A stretch of DNA of 64,000 nt from Bispira polyomma. Lineage: Eukaryota. How positions within the stretch are numbered: position 1 is the first letter of the stretch; every line of letters begins with the position of its first letter. Below, piece after piece: positions 61,175 to 64,000 of the stretch. The notes under the pieces were generated by a model. It saw only the letters and a list, made by a program, of their open reading frames with translations, was not told the DNA's origin and made no database searches. Where the stretch lies: the NCBI GenBank assembly GCA_965649765.1, contig OZ287751.1:73346001-73410000 (forward strand), in the 5' to 3' direction. The translations under genes and the position numbers were made by a program.

Positions 61175-62989
61175 TTACATTCCTCAACCACCACAGCAGG
61201 GACACTACATTTATGAACCACCCCCACAACCGTCACAAGCAACACTATAGTGCTCTCACGCCTTGGTGCCACAGCGGCTTGAGTCGGGTCCGATACCGGC
61301 GAATCAACTCCAGTTCAACTCGAGTCACATTTCTAATTAACAAGCAGCATTGGTGTCAGGAAAAAATATTTTGATTATGGTACACGTTATTTTCTAATGA
61401 CAGTTCAAATAAAGATATATAAAACAATATATTATCTTTATTATCCTTGGTTGTTAAAAGAGGCGGCCATGACATATTATCTATGGAAGGATCTGATTGG
61501 TTCAATGTCCAGGTGAGTAAACAGGTATAGTATTCTCACAAAAAATGGCCCGTTAAGGTAGTATTGAACATAAAGTAAATTACAAAATTCAGTTATCATT
61601 TTAAATATTTTAATGAATAAAACATCCAATACAGGGAAAATTATCACTTTAATGAACAAAACATGTAATACAGGGAAAATTGTACAGTAAGTTTCGAACA
61701 CCTTCACAAATTTAAAATTTAATCTGCAAGTATCTTTAGTATTTTAAGTTCATCATGATACTCCAGCATTCTTTACCAAATTTAATGTTCCAAATTTATT
61801 GTCCACTAGTTAGTTGAAGGTTAAGTAATGACTTAATTACTATTTATCAGTGTCATCTATTCTTAAGCAAAATGTCCACCACCACATAACTTGAATAAAC
61901 ATAACAAACAAGCAAGTTTTAACTTCACCAGTTCTTATGGAAAAACAGCAATTTGTCAACATTTACAGGCAACAGTGTTTCTTAGTTAGAAGATTGCCTG
62001 CAGCTGAAATCCAAACATTTATATAATGAGCAGTCACTGTCAAATAAGACTGACATGCTCCTGATGTCCAGAAGTCACATGTGGAAGATACTTCCTGCTG
62101 ATTCTACTAAATGGATTTCAGTGAACTTGCCTCCACATCGTACACCTTAGCCATTTTGTTGGTGAAGTAGGTTTGTGCGGATAGCTTATATCTGGAATTA
62201 AGACCTTTGACCATGTTCCGGAAATGAAGAGATGTCACAATAGAGAGAGGTTTCAAGTCTTTAATAATTTGAGGTTAAAATGTCAAATTGTTCATTTTTG
62301 AATAGCTTGTAAGTAACATTTGGGACTCGAGTTGTAAAATGGTATAACCATGTGGGCGAGTTTGGACATTGTCGAGTACTGACTCGAGTCGGCCAGTTAG
62401 GGCGAAAGCACTAAGTAACACCACAGCCTCCTGCACAGCAACAGCCTGGCCTACATGTGATTACAACACAAACAAAACACAAACATTACCATAGTTGGCC
62501 AGCACCAGTGGTCTTCAGAGCCAGCAAATGATATCTGGAGGCAGCACGACTAGTGGGACTAGTGCAATGTACTATAACCCAATGTCAGTGAACCCACCGC
62601 CAGTGGACAGTGACATCCTGAATACATTGGAAGCTTTGTCATTTGCCAGAGGATTCAGTTTAAACACACCAGACACCAGCTACCAGAACATTAGGACTCC
62701 TGAAGGCTTCGGGGATACTGCTGACAACTACCTCAACCACCACTGCTTCAACATCATTAACCACCACCGACGACTAGCCACTCCTCTCCTCGTCTGTCGG
62801 TCATGTGACCACCAATCGGCCCTTTTCAGGGCCACCCAAATTATCTAAGAACATGATTTGAGCTTTTAATGTTAAAAAAACTCTCATGACAAGAAGCAAA
62901 CTGGCCCCACAAATAACTTAGACACAAAACAAAATATACTTGCCCCCACAAACATGAATGATAATAATTTCTAAAATATCAAACATACG

Positions 62990-63130
62990 AAAGCCCTTCC
63001 AAATAAAATCCCCTTTATAATATGAAGCCTTTCCAAATATAATCCCCTTTATTATAATATTAAGCCCTTCCAAATAAAATCACCTGTTTAATATGAAGCC
63101 CTTTCAAATATTATTGCCTTTAAATTTGAA
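62990..63130. repeat. ~35-bp minisatellite, 4 copies
   Basis: Unit approximately gaagcccttccaaataaaatcccctttataatat. Confidence 0.85.
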
Positions 63131-63334
63131 AACCCATTTAAGTGGAATTTTTTTTTAAGACAATGACGCCTTAGAAGAGTTCTACTTAAAGTGGTTTATA
63201 AAGTTAAAGAACTAAGAAATTTATTTTAATGCTGTTCAAATAAAAGGGAAATAATTTAACAGACTTATATACAAAGGGGTTTGACCATTATTTATTTACT
63301 TGGTTTCAAAATAAAAGGGGAGAGTTTTACTTAA

Positions 63335-63789
63335 AAGCCTGATCACACCTACACGTGCTGAAGCTACGTGTCTGTGACGTTTTTACCTGTTTTGAAACGT
63401 AGTAGAAGGTAATGCTAAAGTGGGGATCCCTGGTGCGTTTGTTCCATGATGTTGCCTAACAGATTTTATCGTTCCGCAAACGTCTCCGTTGATACTGTCT
63501 CTACTCATTTGTACCCGTCGTGGAACGTTTCACTAAGTAGCAGAATGCACCAGTAAGTAGCAGTATAGTAGCTCTACGTAGTAGTAGGTAGTGATATCCT
63601 ACCAGTTAAGTGTTCGATTTTTGCCCCCGCTCCATGTGTACAAGTACCAACATCGTCATGAAACGTCACAATCGTCTGCACCTTTATGAAAATGACGTCA
63701 CTTTGACACAAACTACTATGTTTTCAATTGATATTGCTTTACTACGTTGTTGTTGTGGAACGTTAGCACATGTAGGCGTGACCAGGCCA
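63335..63789. mobile_element. PIF/Harbinger-type MITE, same family as 25798-26327, opposite orientation
   Basis: TIRs aagcctgatcacacctaca / tgtaggcgtgaccaggcca; TAA at 63332-4 and 63790-2. Confidence 0.92.
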
Positions 63790-64000
63790 TAAAGGGGTTT
63801 AAGATTGGATTTTACAAGTTTTTACAAGGGTTTGGACAGTTATAAATTTTATTTTATTGAGTATGTAGGGGGGCGGGGGGTTGGGGGGGGGGTGATAATG
63901 TTTTGTTCTTTGTCTCTGTAGGGTGGATTTTTGTGCGGGGCCAATTTGTTTTTTGTTACGAGGGGTTTCTGCCATGGCACTGCCCCCTCGTTTATGAAGT

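Noticed and set aside
62495-62848. 117-aa Ser/Thr-rich ORF
   Set aside because: Low complexity, non-ATG start, no domain or splice support

Overview
AT-rich, intron-containing animal genomic DNA, probably a marine invertebrate (lophotrochozoan-like SINEs and transposons; taxon inferred, not proven). Three host genes are recognisable: the first coding exon of a glutathione S-transferase (minus, ~1.7 kb), a 4-exon dCMP deaminase (plus, 27.4-37.9 kb), and a 3-exon secreted ILEI/PANDER-like + PAN/apple-like protein (minus, 46.2-48.7 kb). Most of the rest is transposable elements: a young BEL/Pao LTR element, four Ngaro-type tyrosine-recombinase (YR) retrotransposon copies, a decayed Mag-like Gypsy element, an Academ transposon, Harbinger MITEs and a transposase relic, Penelope, L1/Tx1 and L2 relics, and SINEs. 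The youngest Ngaro copy sits inside the first coding exon of the dCMP deaminase gene and truncates it. Comparing the Ngaro copies suggests four things: the recombinase is made as a spliced Gag(N)-YR fusion; integration crossed over at a 2-nt AC/GT core; the RT ORF carries a small uncharacterised conserved domain; and the A2-B2 spacer holds structured RNA, including a degenerate hammerhead-like motif. All alignments and folds were done by eye, and no database searches were run.
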